The notes: generated from the sequence alone by a model not told the origin. A DNA stretch of 64,000 nt from Planctomycetota bacterium (GCA_965223845.1 CBDCXR010000004.1:1952001-2016000), one strand, 5' to 3'. Shown: positions 1 through 8,729, counted from the stretch's first letter. Numbers and translations: made by a program.

Positions 1-120
1 GGAGCTAGGACGAGAGCACGCAAAGCGTTCAATGCGAAAGTGCTCGAATTCCTCGACAGCCAGGAGTTTTCTGCGTCCGTGGACAGCATGCCGGGTCGCG
101 AGGAGTCGGAGCGCCCATGA
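1..120 (+). CDS. 3' end of an unidentified island gene (truncated by the window edge), translationally coupled to the ABC ATPase
   Basis: Frame 1 is open from base 1 to TGA 118-120 (GARTRARKAFNAKVLEFLDSQEFSASVDSMPGREESERP*). The stop overlaps the next ATG (ATGA). Confidence 0.55.
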   Translation, partial: GARTRARKAFNAKVLEFLDSQEFSASVDSMPGREESERP

Positions 121-2621
121 CTCGGTACTTTCTGAGTCGTGTTCAGGTCGAAGGGTTTCGCGGGATCAACAACTCTGGCGCGCCCCTCGATCTCAAGTTG
201 AAACCCGACAGGATAAACTCTGTTTTTGCACCCAATGGGCTCGGAAAGAGTTCGGTCTTTGAAGCGCTCTGTTACTGCATACAGGGTACGATACCGAAAC
301 TTGCCAACCTGCCGAAGGGCGAAAAGCCTGACGATTACTATTGCAATCGATTCCATGACAGCGGTCAGGCGGTAGTCACGTTAACTCTGACTCCGACTGA
401 CGGATCAGAGGGCGTCGAGATCCGAGTCGAGCGTTCGTCCAAAGGGGCTCGATCCGTGACCAGTCCGAGCGGCTATGTCGATCCTGACGGTCTGCTCGAA
501 GAGCTTAACACTGAACTTGCCCTGTTGGACCATCGGACGTTCCTAAGGTTCGTGGAAGATACGCCCTTGAGGCGCGGGCGTGCACTCTCAGCCCTCCTCG
601 GGCTTGCTGCGATCTCTGAATTCCGTCAAGCCCTGGAGACCCTGGCTCATGCAGGCAACCTGAATGCGGACCTGGAGACGAGCGTTGTCAGAGAGCGACT
701 GGACGGGCTGAGCGACCAGGTTGGTGAGAACGAAAACGAGATCCGGTCGGCTTGCGAGTCGCTTCTCGGACCAGAAGCGGCGGGCACAATCGACGAAGAG
801 GATATCTCCAAACGCGCAGGGGATGCTCTGTCCAAGGTTGAGCTGTTGAAGGGGTTCTTTGAGTCTACGGCATTCCAAAATGTAGACTTCGAGAGCGTGA
901 AGGCGGCCATAAAGGACGAAGAAACCGGCGAAAAGCGTGCGAGACTTGCTGCCGTTATAGGCGCACAGAGCGATCTCAATCGCCTCGCGCCTGGAGAGGA
1001 AAGTAATGACGACCAACGGAAGCTCGTGCACCGGGTTGAGCAACGCATCGAAGCTTTACAGTCTACTTCGGGTCTTCTACTGCACGCGTTGTACGAGGCT
1101 CTTGACGCCGTATTCGCTTCGGATGAGTGGGACGACCCGACGAAGTGTCCCACCTGTGACTCTAGTCAGGAGCAACCTCTTGACGAGATAAACCGGGAAC
1201 GACTGAAAGAGTACGCGAAGGTTGTGGGTTTTGAGAGAGATATCCAGGAGCTGTGGACGACTTCCCAGTGGGTGAAGACGACCAAGAGGCTGGAAGAGTC
1301 GTCGCATCTAGGAATCGAGACGGATGCGCGAAAACTGACTCAGCTCGACAGTGTGTTTCGCAGCGGACAGCCGACAAGCGACGATGTCCAGAAGGCGATT
1401 GCGCAAGCCAAGCAAATCGAGGGCTTGCGCAAAAAAAAGGTACAGGAGTTTTCTGCCGAGAGGGCTCGACTGGAAGGAGAGTTGCCGCCTTCGTTGGTGC
1501 AGTTGACCCAGCAAGTGCAGTGTGCGCAGGCACTTCAGCACTCGCTTCGTGTACGCAAGAAGAACGCTGAAATCGCAGAAAAGCTCAAAGAAAGACTACA
1601 CGCTCGCGATCGATGGGCGACGTTCGTAGAGCGGGCAAAGCAAACGTTCTCCGATGCTGAAGTTCGCTTGTCAACTGCGATGACCTCGAAGATCGAGAAG
1701 CAGTACAGGGAGTTCTACGGGCAGATCACCTGCAATCCCGATGTGGAACCGTGTCTGCGGAAGGCGACCGGCTCCGAGGAACTTCATTTACGTCTTGCCA
1801 AATTCTACGGACTCGAAGACTTGTCGGCAGCCACGCTGTTGTCTGAGAGCTATCGAAACGCCCTCGCCCTGGCGATTTACCTGAGTGCCGCTTTGAGGGT
1901 TTCATCCCCGGCTCGATTCATGGTTCTGGATGACGTGACATCCAGCTTCGATGCTGGTCACCAGTGGTACCTGATGGAACTGCTGCGGACCGCAGTCGGT
2001 CTTCCTGGCAATAAGGACGGACCCCAGATTGTGCTGCTGAGTCATGATGGCTTGCTGGAAAAATATTTTGACACGATGTCTAGCGAGGCAGATTGGCACC
2101 ATCAGAAGCTACAGGGGCTGCCGCCGATTGGCTCCGTATCCAGCCACGCTCAGGGGGAGAATCGCCTCCGAGAGAGTGCGACCCGGTTTCTCGACGCTGG
2201 GCAGATTGCGCAGGGGGAACCGTTGGTAAGACAGTACCTGGAGTATCGGCTTCTCGAAGTGATACGTTCGCTGAGCATTCCTGTTCCTCTAGATTTTTCG
2301 ATACGCGACCAGAAGAAGATGGTCAGGAACTGCCTCGATGCGATTCGAGACAACGTATCGCTTCACGAGAAGGCGGGTGTCCTGATAATGGATGGAACAC
2401 AACTCGGCGATATGACCGCTGTGCATCTTCCGGCGCTAATCGCCAACTGGGTCAGCCACTATGCGACTGGAGTTGCGACGAGTGTTACGCCGTACACGTA
2501 CAAGGGTGCGCTGGACGCAGTGGATCACTTCTGCGAGTGCTTCAAGTACGATTGCATCTGCGGTGGAGCGCCTCAGCGAAAGTTTTACAAGAATCTGAGC
2601 GCTAAGCGATGTGGATGCTAA
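117..2621 (+). CDS. Rad50/SbcC/RloC-like ABC ATPase with zinc hook and C-terminal HEPN-like domain (candidate defence protein)
   Basis: EGFRG, Walker A APNGLGKSS, coiled coils around a CPTC hook, signature LSESY, Walker B MVLDDVTSSFD, H-loop LLSHD, and a ~160-aa extra tail with RQYLE and NWVSH. Confidence 0.85.
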   Translation: MTRYFLSRVQVEGFRGINNSGAPLDLKLKPDRINSVFAPNGLGKSSVFEALCYCIQGTIPKLANLPKGEKPDDYYCNRFHDSGQAVVTLTLTPTDGSEGVEIRVERSSKGARSVTSPSGYVDPDGLLEELNTELALLDHRTFLRFVEDTPLRRGRALSALLGLAAISEFRQALETLAHAGNLNADLETSVVRERLDGLSDQVGENENEIRSACESLLGPEAAGTIDEEDISKRAGDALSKVELLKGFFESTAFQNVDFESVKAAIKDEETGEKRARLAAVIGAQSDLNRLAPGEESNDDQRKLVHRVEQRIEALQSTSGLLLHALYEALDAVFASDEWDDPTKCPTCDSSQEQPLDEINRERLKEYAKVVGFERDIQELWTTSQWVKTTKRLEESSHLGIETDARKLTQLDSVFRSGQPTSDDVQKAIAQAKQIEGLRKKKVQEFSAERARLEGELPPSLVQLTQQVQCAQALQHSLRVRKKNAEIAEKLKERLHARDRWATFVERAKQTFSDAEVRLSTAMTSKIEKQYREFYGQITCNPDVEPCLRKATGSEELHLRLAKFYGLEDLSAATLLSESYRNALALAIYLSAALRVSSPARFMVLDDVTSSFDAGHQWYLMELLRTAVGLPGNKDGPQIVLLSHDGLLEKYFDTMSSEADWHHQKLQGLPPIGSVSSHAQGENRLRESATRFLDAGQIAQGEPLVRQYLEYRLLEVIRSLSIPVPLDFSIRDQKKMVRNCLDAIRDNVSLHEKAGVLIMDGTQLGDMTAVHLPALIANWVSHYATGVATSVTPYTYKGALDAVDHFCECFKYDCICGGAPQRKFYKNLSAKRCGC

Positions 2622-2792
2622 AACGACCCGGTTGTATGCAATCGTTCTCCGCGCGCCGTCGTTTCTTGTCCCAAGCCGATCGTCGAACCGGAGTAGGTCG
2701 ATACGAGATTTCCGTTGGTGAGGAAGGGGAGTCACTCAATCTAATGCAAAGAAACGCCGAAAACGGAAAAGGACATTCTTTCGTTTTCCGTC

Positions 2793-3557
2793 ATGACCTC
2801 ACAGGAAGCTCCTGATAATCCTGGCTCCCAACTCGCCGAACTTTTTGAGCAGTACACGAAGGAACGGTGGGAGCCGATCGCGCTTGACATGTGGTCCGAT
2901 ATCGTCCACAGCGCGTGGCACCTACTGGATATGTTGGAGGCCGTGCATAGCTCAGGAGCCGACTGTGGTTTCCTCGTAGAAGCTGCGCGCGGCTTGCTGC
3001 GGCACTTTAACTACCCTGGCGCACGACTTCATCTCGAACGTGTGCGGAGTTCTTTGGAGACGATCTTCGGAGCGGGCGCTTGTACCCACATCGTGAGCGG
3101 AAACGTAGACGCTTTCGAGCAATGTTACAAGCGATGGTACAACGAAGAGCGTGCTCAGCATGACGAGGCGCTGAAACATTTCACCGAGGGCGTCAAACTG
3201 GCGGACGAAAGACAGCGACTGGAAGATCAGAAGCGCAAGGACGCCCTCCAACAACTTCGGGATCAGGCTGGCTCGCGACTGCGAAACCTACGCACAGATC
3301 CGGTTCCTGGTGGTCCGCAGACTAATAGTCCCTGCCTTGAAAAGGGCTCCTCTAATTCGACAATGGATCGACGACCGAGGAAGAAGCGAGGGCGCCCCCC
3401 CACCTCGCTCGATAAGGACCGACGGATTGCCGAGGCGTGGGACACCGGGAGGTATCGCACCGAAGAGCAACTGGCAATCGAGTTGGGCTTGACGACCAAG
3501 GACGTGCACGACGCACGCGAGCGGGTTCGGAAGCGACGGAAAAATTCGTCGGAATAA
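2793..3557 (+). CDS. Hypothetical protein with AT-hook-like motif and C-terminal HTH
   Basis: 254-aa ORF. KKRGRPP motif, then TEEQLAIELGLTTKDVHDARERVRKRR (HTH pattern). Confidence 0.65.
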   Translation: MTSQEAPDNPGSQLAELFEQYTKERWEPIALDMWSDIVHSAWHLLDMLEAVHSSGADCGFLVEAARGLLRHFNYPGARLHLERVRSSLETIFGAGACTHIVSGNVDAFEQCYKRWYNEERAQHDEALKHFTEGVKLADERQRLEDQKRKDALQQLRDQAGSRLRNLRTDPVPGGPQTNSPCLEKGSSNSTMDRRPRKKRGRPPTSLDKDRRIAEAWDTGRYRTEEQLAIELGLTTKDVHDARERVRKRRKNSSE

Positions 3558-3783
3558 TCCTCCGCTGAATGTGTCAAGTCCCGTTTTGCGACTCTCTCTC
3601 TGTGCTAGCGTTCTGCAAGGTCTTCTGGTCCGTAGTGTTCGGCGGTCGGGTACCCGGAGGAAACTACGCCTGAATTATTCCGTTCCGAAGTAGCGGTGAG
3701 AATCGGTGGTGTCGAACGCAAGCCACCGGTCGTAAAGGCTCCGATCGCACTTTCGCAGCTACTTCACGGAGATATCCAATCCA

Positions 3784-4050
3784 ATGCAAGAGCCCCGCTT
3801 GGTCATCACTCAACTCGCCGAACAACCTTCCGACGCACTGCTGAATCTTCGAGCACTCGCGGACGCACTGTGCGTTTCGCCGCGAACGATCCGGCGAATG
3901 ATCAGCCGCTGCGAGATTCCGGCTGGGATCAAACTCGGCGGAAGAACGTTTTGGAAGGCTGGCAGAGTCCTCAAATACATCGACGAGCGAGCTGCGAGTG
4001 CTGCCCGAGAGTCGGAAAGTCTGTCCAGAAAGCTTGACGGACTGAAGTGA
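3784..4050 (+). CDS. Excisionase/AlpA-like HTH protein (recombination directionality factor candidate)
   Basis: 88 aa, LLNLRALADALCVSPRTIRRMISRCEIPAGIKLGGRTFW (HTH_17/AlpA pattern), directly upstream of the integrase. Confidence 0.8.
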   Translation: MQEPRLVITQLAEQPSDALLNLRALADALCVSPRTIRRMISRCEIPAGIKLGGRTFWKAGRVLKYIDERAASAARESESLSRKLDGLK

Positions 4051-4098
4051 GACCCCTCGCCAATATTTCGCGTCAACTTGACACTTGACACGTCTCAC
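4047..4098. promoter_or_regulatory. Putative regulatory sites upstream of the integrase
   Basis: Overlapping tandem ACTTGACAC (4076-4084, 4083-4091), palindrome GTCAACTTGAC (4072-4082) and flanking inverted GTGAGAC/GTCTCAC. An inverted ACTTGACAC also occurs at 3571-3579. Confidence 0.4.
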
Positions 4099-4162
4099 GG
4101 TCAGAAAGAGACGAACTCCAACCTGCTTCGAGTAGCATCCATCTGCGAAGGAGATCACCCCA

Positions 4163-5530
4163 ATGCCCTACCTGTACCGAACCACCGACAAGAACGGAAA
4201 ACCTCATCCCCGCTGGCGCTTTCAGTATCGCGACTGGCAAGGTCGAAAGCGCAAGGAAACCGGCACAACGTCAAGAGCAGAGACCGAGAGAATCGCCGCG
4301 AAGATCGAAGCGAAACACGCCGCGATCCGAAACGGACACCTTCCTCGCCCCAAGCCGAAAGACCGTCCGTTCGACGAAGCTTCCACCGCCTATTTCGCTT
4401 GGGGTGAGACCCAGGGAGGACGACACGGTAGACCGTGGGCTCCCGAACACACCCGCAAGAGAAGGAGTCAGCTTTCTTGGTGGAAAGAGCGCTTGGAGCT
4501 GCGGTACGTCTCCGATCTTGATGGTTCGCTCACCTCCGTGGAGGACGCCCTACACGACCTGATGGAAGGCGGCTCCGCCGGAAAGACGCTCTCGAACTAC
4601 GCTGAGACGATCGCTGCTTTCTGTGTCTGGTGCGTCGAAAGGCAACTCCTCTCAGAGAACCCTCTGGCAAACCTTGCACCGATCGACGCCACGCCAAAGG
4701 AGGGTCGCAGGGCTCTGACCCGCGAAGAGATCCAGCGCCTACTGGCGGTCGCTCCTCCGGCGCGTCGTCTGCTCTTGGAGGTCGCGTTTTGTACCGGTCT
4801 CAGGGCGAACGAGCTGCGTCAGCTTCAGGTTCAGCACCTCGACGTTGAACGGTCCGGGCTTCGCCTCGACGCGGCATGGACAAAAAACCGGAAGGAAGGG
4901 TTTCAGCCGCTATCCCGGAAGCTCGTGGAGCGACTTCGCGCAGAATCAGCCGACAAAGGGCCGGACGACCCGTTGCTCTACGTCCCCAGCCATCCAGCCC
5001 GCGAGCTGGACGTGGATCTCGCCAGAGCTGGCATCGAGAAGCGTACCACGGCCGGTAAGATCGATTTCCACGCCTGTCGGGTCGCCTACACGACGCTGGT
5101 GGTGAACGCCGGCGCAAACGTCAAGGAGGCGCAGTCGCTTCTTCGGCACTCGGACCCGCGAATCACCATGAAGACCTACGCCAGGACCCAGGACGTTCGG
5201 CTGGCCCGAGTGGCCGAGAGCGTCGGACGGATGGTCCTCGGCGGCGACGGCGAGACGGACGACATCACGGACGATGAAGGTCAGGGTGACCCTGATCCCG
5301 GTCAAGTCGGTGCCCCCATATTGCCCCCACAGCCTTTCTCGCCCCCCAACACAAAAGTCCCAACCGAATCTGCGGCTGGGACTTCCGTCGATCATGAATT
5401 GGTGGAGGCGGGGGGAATCGAACCCCCGTCCCGAGACTATTCCGCGCAGGCTTCTACAGGAATAGTCCTTCGTTTGAGTCTCGTCTCTCCGGCTCCGAAG
5501 GACAGGATCCGTCGAGACCAGCCTCGATAG
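4163..5530 (+). CDS. int: Tyrosine recombinase / phage-type integrase
   Basis: Arm-binding-like N-terminus (WRFQYRDWQGRKRKETG), TGLRANEL (Arg), TKN (Lys), HACR (HxxR), LLRHSDPRITMKTY (His, Tyr). Confidence 0.95.
   Translation: MPYLYRTTDKNGKPHPRWRFQYRDWQGRKRKETGTTSRAETERIAAKIEAKHAAIRNGHLPRPKPKDRPFDEASTAYFAWGETQGGRHGRPWAPEHTRKRRSQLSWWKERLELRYVSDLDGSLTSVEDALHDLMEGGSAGKTLSNYAETIAAFCVWCVERQLLSENPLANLAPIDATPKEGRRALTREEIQRLLAVAPPARRLLLEVAFCTGLRANELRQLQVQHLDVERSGLRLDAAWTKNRKEGFQPLSRKLVERLRAESADKGPDDPLLYVPSHPARELDVDLARAGIEKRTTAGKIDFHACRVAYTTLVVNAGANVKEAQSLLRHSDPRITMKTYARTQDVRLARVAESVGRMVLGGDGETDDITDDEGQGDPDPGQVGAPILPPQPFSPPNTKVPTESAAGTSVDHELVEAGGIEPPSRDYSAQASTGIVLRLSLVSPAPKDRIRRDQPR
5311..5329. repeat. 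Direct repeat, putative integrase arm-type binding sites
   Basis: TGCCCCCA-TAT-TGCCCCCA about 70 bp from the att core. A perfect inverted repeat TCAGGGT-G-ACCCTGA lies at 5281-5295. Confidence 0.55.
5353..5384 (-). terminator. Intrinsic terminator downstream of tmRNA
   Basis: Minus strand reads AAGTCCCAGCCG-CAGATT-CGGTTGGGACTT-TT: 12-bp stem with one G-U and a short U run, 15 nt after CCA. Confidence 0.7.
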
Positions 5531-5756
5531 GGTTTCGCGCCGTCGCCCCGAGGCCTGGCTCGGGCGCTATCCCTCTATGGGTGACCTTCGGTCCGGCTTC
5601 TCGAGGGAGCAGAAACCGGTGAAGGGGCTACTTAATTAAGCAGCCAGAGCGTAGTTGGAGTTGCCAACTAAGGTTTCCCAGGGGTTTTATGAGGCCTCCT
5701 GGAACCTCATCCTGCCACCTGCACTTCCTGAGTCCGGTCGAATCCAGATCGCCCCC
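5400..5756 (-). ncRNA. ssrA: tmRNA; tag (A)GNSNYALAA at 5636-5665
   Basis: 5' GGGGGCGATCTGGATTCGAC and 3' GACGGGGGTTCGATTCCCCCCGCCTCCACCA form an acceptor stem with G3-U plus a T-arm. Internal ORF GGC AAC TCC AAC TAC GCT CTG GCT GCT TAA. Length 357 nt. Confidence 0.97.
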
Positions 5757-5780
5757 GAGGAAGTCGGTCTGCGCTCTTTG

Positions 5781-5789
5781 AACATACCA
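5781..5789 (-). promoter_or_regulatory. Putative extended -10 promoter of ssrA
   Basis: TGGTATGTT (TGnTAnnnT) about 25 nt upstream of the mature 5' end. Confidence 0.4.
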
Positions 5790-5852
5790 GGATCGCCGCT
5801 CGGCGTCACTCTCGCTCGGGTTTGAATTCGGATGCCGGCGCTCGCGTGCTCT

Positions 5853-5902
5853 GATCTCGAGAATCGAATCCGATCGAGATCTCGAAGATCGAATCGGATC
5901 GA
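5853..5902. repeat. Imperfect 25-bp tandem duplication
   Basis: GATCTCGAGAATCGAATCCGATCGA / GATCTCGAAGATCGAATCGGATCGA (22/25 identical). Confidence 0.6.
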
Positions 5903-6398
5903 GAGGTAGTCCCTGGTTGAGGCAGCGGGCGTCATGCGGTCTTCTCGACGGCGATGCCGAAACAGTTTCGGTCGCCACGCTCGGTTCCGTGCGCGGACGT
6001 TTTCAGTTCCTTCGTCATCAGAAGCGCCAAAACGACGACGATGTTCTCCCGTCTGTAGACCGATCGATCTGCCGATCGACCCGCGTCCGCCGGCGGCGTA
6101 GATATGGCGACCGCGCGTAGGGTGCGACGGGAGCCGGGCGGCCCGGCCGGCTCCCGCCGATCCCGCCCCCGCCGACCCTCGATAAACCGCGTGGCTTCTC
6201 GAGCAGTCGAGCCTCGCACCCGCCGACCACTTCCCGGGCGGGCTTCGCGGGTCCTCCGAGGTCGGCGATTCGCCCGCTCGCGTAAGCCCGTCCGCCCGCA
6301 ACTCCTCGCCCGCCGCGGGGTTTCACTCGAAACAACCCGGACCGCGACCGCGGTCGTGACGGCCCGGGTGGATCGGTACGACCCATACACACGGAACC

Positions 6399-7286
6399 GT
6401 GATGAATCGAACGCTTCTCGGCGCTCTTCTAGGAGCCGTTCTCGTCGCTGCGCTGGGTTTGCTCGCGGTCGCGGGGGCGTCGCTCTCGTCGACCGAGCGT
6501 GACGCGGCTTCGGAAAACGCGGCCTACGAAATCTCCCAGCTCCGGGAAGAGGTCGACGCGCTTCGCGGCGCCATCGACGAACTGGCAGAAGTCGCCCGCG
6601 AATCTCAGACGTCGCAGCAGAATCTCCTCGATCGCCTCACGCCCGTCTCGACAGTCTCGGCGGCTACCGGCGCGACTCCGACGAGCTCGACCGCCATGAG
6701 CAAAGCCGACCTAAAGGAGTTTGTCGCGGTCATTCTCGACCAGCAACGCGAGCTGCGCGACGAAGCAAGGGAGGAGCAGCGCGACGAGTTTCGCCGCCGC
6801 ATCGAAGAACGTCAGCAAGAACTCGAGGCGATGAAAGAGGGTCCGTACGACCGCTTCAACCTCAAGGTCAACTCTCTCGGAAAAGTTCTCGGACTCGAGG
6901 AGAGTCAGAAGTCGGCATACTACGAACTCGCGCTCGCTTACAACGCCAAGCTCAAGGACAAAACGTCGGAAGTCTCCGCCGCGAATGAAGCGAGCGAGAC
7001 CGACTCCGATCGTTCCGGCGACGAGTCGCGCCGGGACCGCCGTCGCGGTCGTGACTCGTACCGCCGAGCGTCCGCGGAACTCCAAGAAGAGTTCGCCGCG
7101 GAAGTCGCCGAGATCCTCACCGAGGACCAACGCGCGTCGTTCGACGAGCTCTCTCGCGACGCACGCAGTTTCGCCAGCCGCGAGGCGGTCAGTTCCTCGA
7201 GCGGACGGCGTCGCAGTTTCGGTTTCAGTGGCCGCTCGTCTCGCGGCGGACCGGGTGGAGGACGCGGAGGCGGACGTCGGCGCTAG
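6399..7286 (+). CDS. Hypothetical membrane-anchored/exported coiled-coil protein
   Basis: N-terminal hydrophobic helix, coiled coils, ILTEDQ (LTxxQ-like) and an RG-rich tail. Host-like codon usage. Confidence 0.75.
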   Translation: MMNRTLLGALLGAVLVAALGLLAVAGASLSSTERDAASENAAYEISQLREEVDALRGAIDELAEVARESQTSQQNLLDRLTPVSTVSAATGATPTSSTAMSKADLKEFVAVILDQQRELRDEAREEQRDEFRRRIEERQQELEAMKEGPYDRFNLKVNSLGKVLGLEESQKSAYYELALAYNAKLKDKTSEVSAANEASETDSDRSGDESRRDRRRGRDSYRRASAELQEEFAAEVAEILTEDQRASFDELSRDARSFASREAVSSSSGRRRSFGFSGRSSRGGPGGGRGGGRRR

Positions 7287-7503
7287 CCCAGAGCGAATCC
7301 GTCGGCGGGCGCATTCGCCGGCCATTCGCGGCGACCCTCGGGAGCGCCGCCAGCGTCACGACCGACTCGCTCGTCGGGCTCGCCGGGCATCTCCGATCAC
7401 CGACTAAGGATCGTAGTCTTACAATCCGCGAGCGCGGTTCCGACCCCAGCCGGGGAACGAAACGGAGACGCTCTTCCGTCGACGATCGAGAGTGGCTCGA
7501 CGG

Positions 7504-8712
7504 TCAGTCCGCCGTCTCCACTCCGCGCGACTGCGCGAGTCCCGCCGCGAATTGCAGCAGATCGCTCTGCTCCCGCGACACCTCGAGGAGAGGCGCGAAA
7601 TCCCCCTTTGCCGAACACAGATCGCTCAACGACGGCGCGATCGTCGTCTGCGGACCGGTCCCAGAGAGGTACTTTCGGTACGCAGCGATCGCCTTCTCGT
7701 ACTGCCCGGTTCGGTATAGCAGGTAGACGAGAACCTCGCCGGGGAAGTGGCGCCCCTCTTCGTCGACGTCGTGGCGATCGGCGGCCTGAGTGAAGTAGCG
7801 AACGGCGCCGTCGACTCCTTCACCCGCGAGCGCGCGTAAGTAGATGCGGTAGTCGTTGTAGAAATCCTCGAACGGCGGCTGATCCGGATGCTGAAAGTCT
7901 CGACCGAGCCGTCGCCCATACTCCGTGAGCTGGATTCCCTTCTCGACGAGAGCGCGATCCTTCATCGTCGCCGCGACGCGAACGACGGCCATCAAGTGGC
8001 TGACGTCGACGTGGTAGCCCATCCCCTCGAAGAGCCACGAGTTCTGTTCGACCAACGTACGCAGATCCGCGTCCTCCGGCGGCGCGTCGACTTCGTCGTT
8101 CGCCTCGCTCGTCGCGAGCACGTCCGAGCGCACGTTCTCGCTGAGGTCAGCGTACAGTCGCTCGATGAGAAGACGACCACACGCTTCACGCACCTCACCC
8201 TGGTAGGGGAACTGGTGCTCGAACACGGTGATCGCCCTGCACACGCCGTACTCCGAGAGGACGAGCTCGTACCCCCGCGCCGGCGCGGCACCTTCTGTGA
8301 GCGCGATCCCGACGATCTCGTCGAGCTTCGTGAGCGCGTCCTCATCCTCGGTGTCTCCGGGCGGGGCCCAATCGGCGATCGCGTCCGCAATCGGCCGCTT
8401 CTCGTCGATCGCCCGGTAGTACGGCCACGCGCCCGCGATATCGCCGTCGGCGAGGAAAAGCGCGCCCACCTCTCGGCACACCTCGACGTAGTACTTCTCG
8501 ACCTCGTCCTGGAGCTCCTCCGGGAGATCGTTGATCGAGTCCGTGCCCTGGAGAGGAAGTCCGAGTTCGTGCCGCTTCTTCATCAGTCGCGCCTCGAAGA
8601 GCTGCGGATACTTCTTCTCTTCGCGCAGGAGCTCGACAAGCCGATCGAATGCCGCCGGCATACCCTCGGCTTGAGCGCAGGTTTCGAGAATCTGGAACGG
8701 ATCGTTGGTCAT
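7504..8712 (-). CDS. Hypothetical alpha-helical (TPR-like) protein
   Basis: Protein-like from MTNDPFQILE (ATG 8712). The longer ORF extension overlaps tctA out of frame. Confidence 0.75.
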   Translation of the reverse strand: MTNDPFQILETCAQAEGMPAAFDRLVELLREEKKYPQLFEARLMKKRHELGLPLQGTDSINDLPEELQDEVEKYYVEVCREVGALFLADGDIAGAWPYYRAIDEKRPIADAIADWAPPGDTEDEDALTKLDEIVGIALTEGAAPARGYELVLSEYGVCRAITVFEHQFPYQGEVREACGRLLIERLYADLSENVRSDVLATSEANDEVDAPPEDADLRTLVEQNSWLFEGMGYHVDVSHLMAVVRVAATMKDRALVEKGIQLTEYGRRLGRDFQHPDQPPFEDFYNDYRIYLRALAGEGVDGAVRYFTQAADRHDVDEEGRHFPGEVLVYLLYRTGQYEKAIAAYRKYLSGTGPQTTIAPSLSDLCSAKGDFAPLLEVSREQSDLLQFAAGLAQSRGVETAD

Positions 8713-8729
8713 GGGAAACACGCCATTCG

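Larger units (their letters stand above)
1..5430. mobile_element. Right end of a genomic island / integrative element inserted at the tmRNA 3' end
   Basis: Tyrosine integrase and Xis-like HTH abut the ssrA CCA end. Arm-like direct repeats lie next to att. GC is visibly lower and codon style differs from the host region. The left boundary is outside the window. Confidence 0.85.

Noticed and set aside
1-120. TRAR read as UvrD helicase motif VI
   Set aside because: The context (GARTRARKAFN) fits poorly and the fragment is too short to call.
117-2621. Housekeeping SbcC/RecN/SMC call
   Set aside because: Located in the island, no sbcD or scpAB visible, and it has an extra C-terminal domain after the H-loop.
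5400-5431. tRNA gene suggested by the T-arm and CCA
   Set aside because: No anticodon arm. The matching 5' acceptor strand is ~350 nt away with a tag ORF between, so this is tmRNA.
5853-5902. Possible CRISPR repeat
   Set aside because: Only two adjacent copies, no spacer and no cas genes.
5628-6502. Several ORFs over ssrA and its upstream region
   Set aside because: They overlap the RNA gene or are Arg/Gly/Pro-rich with no motifs or RBS.
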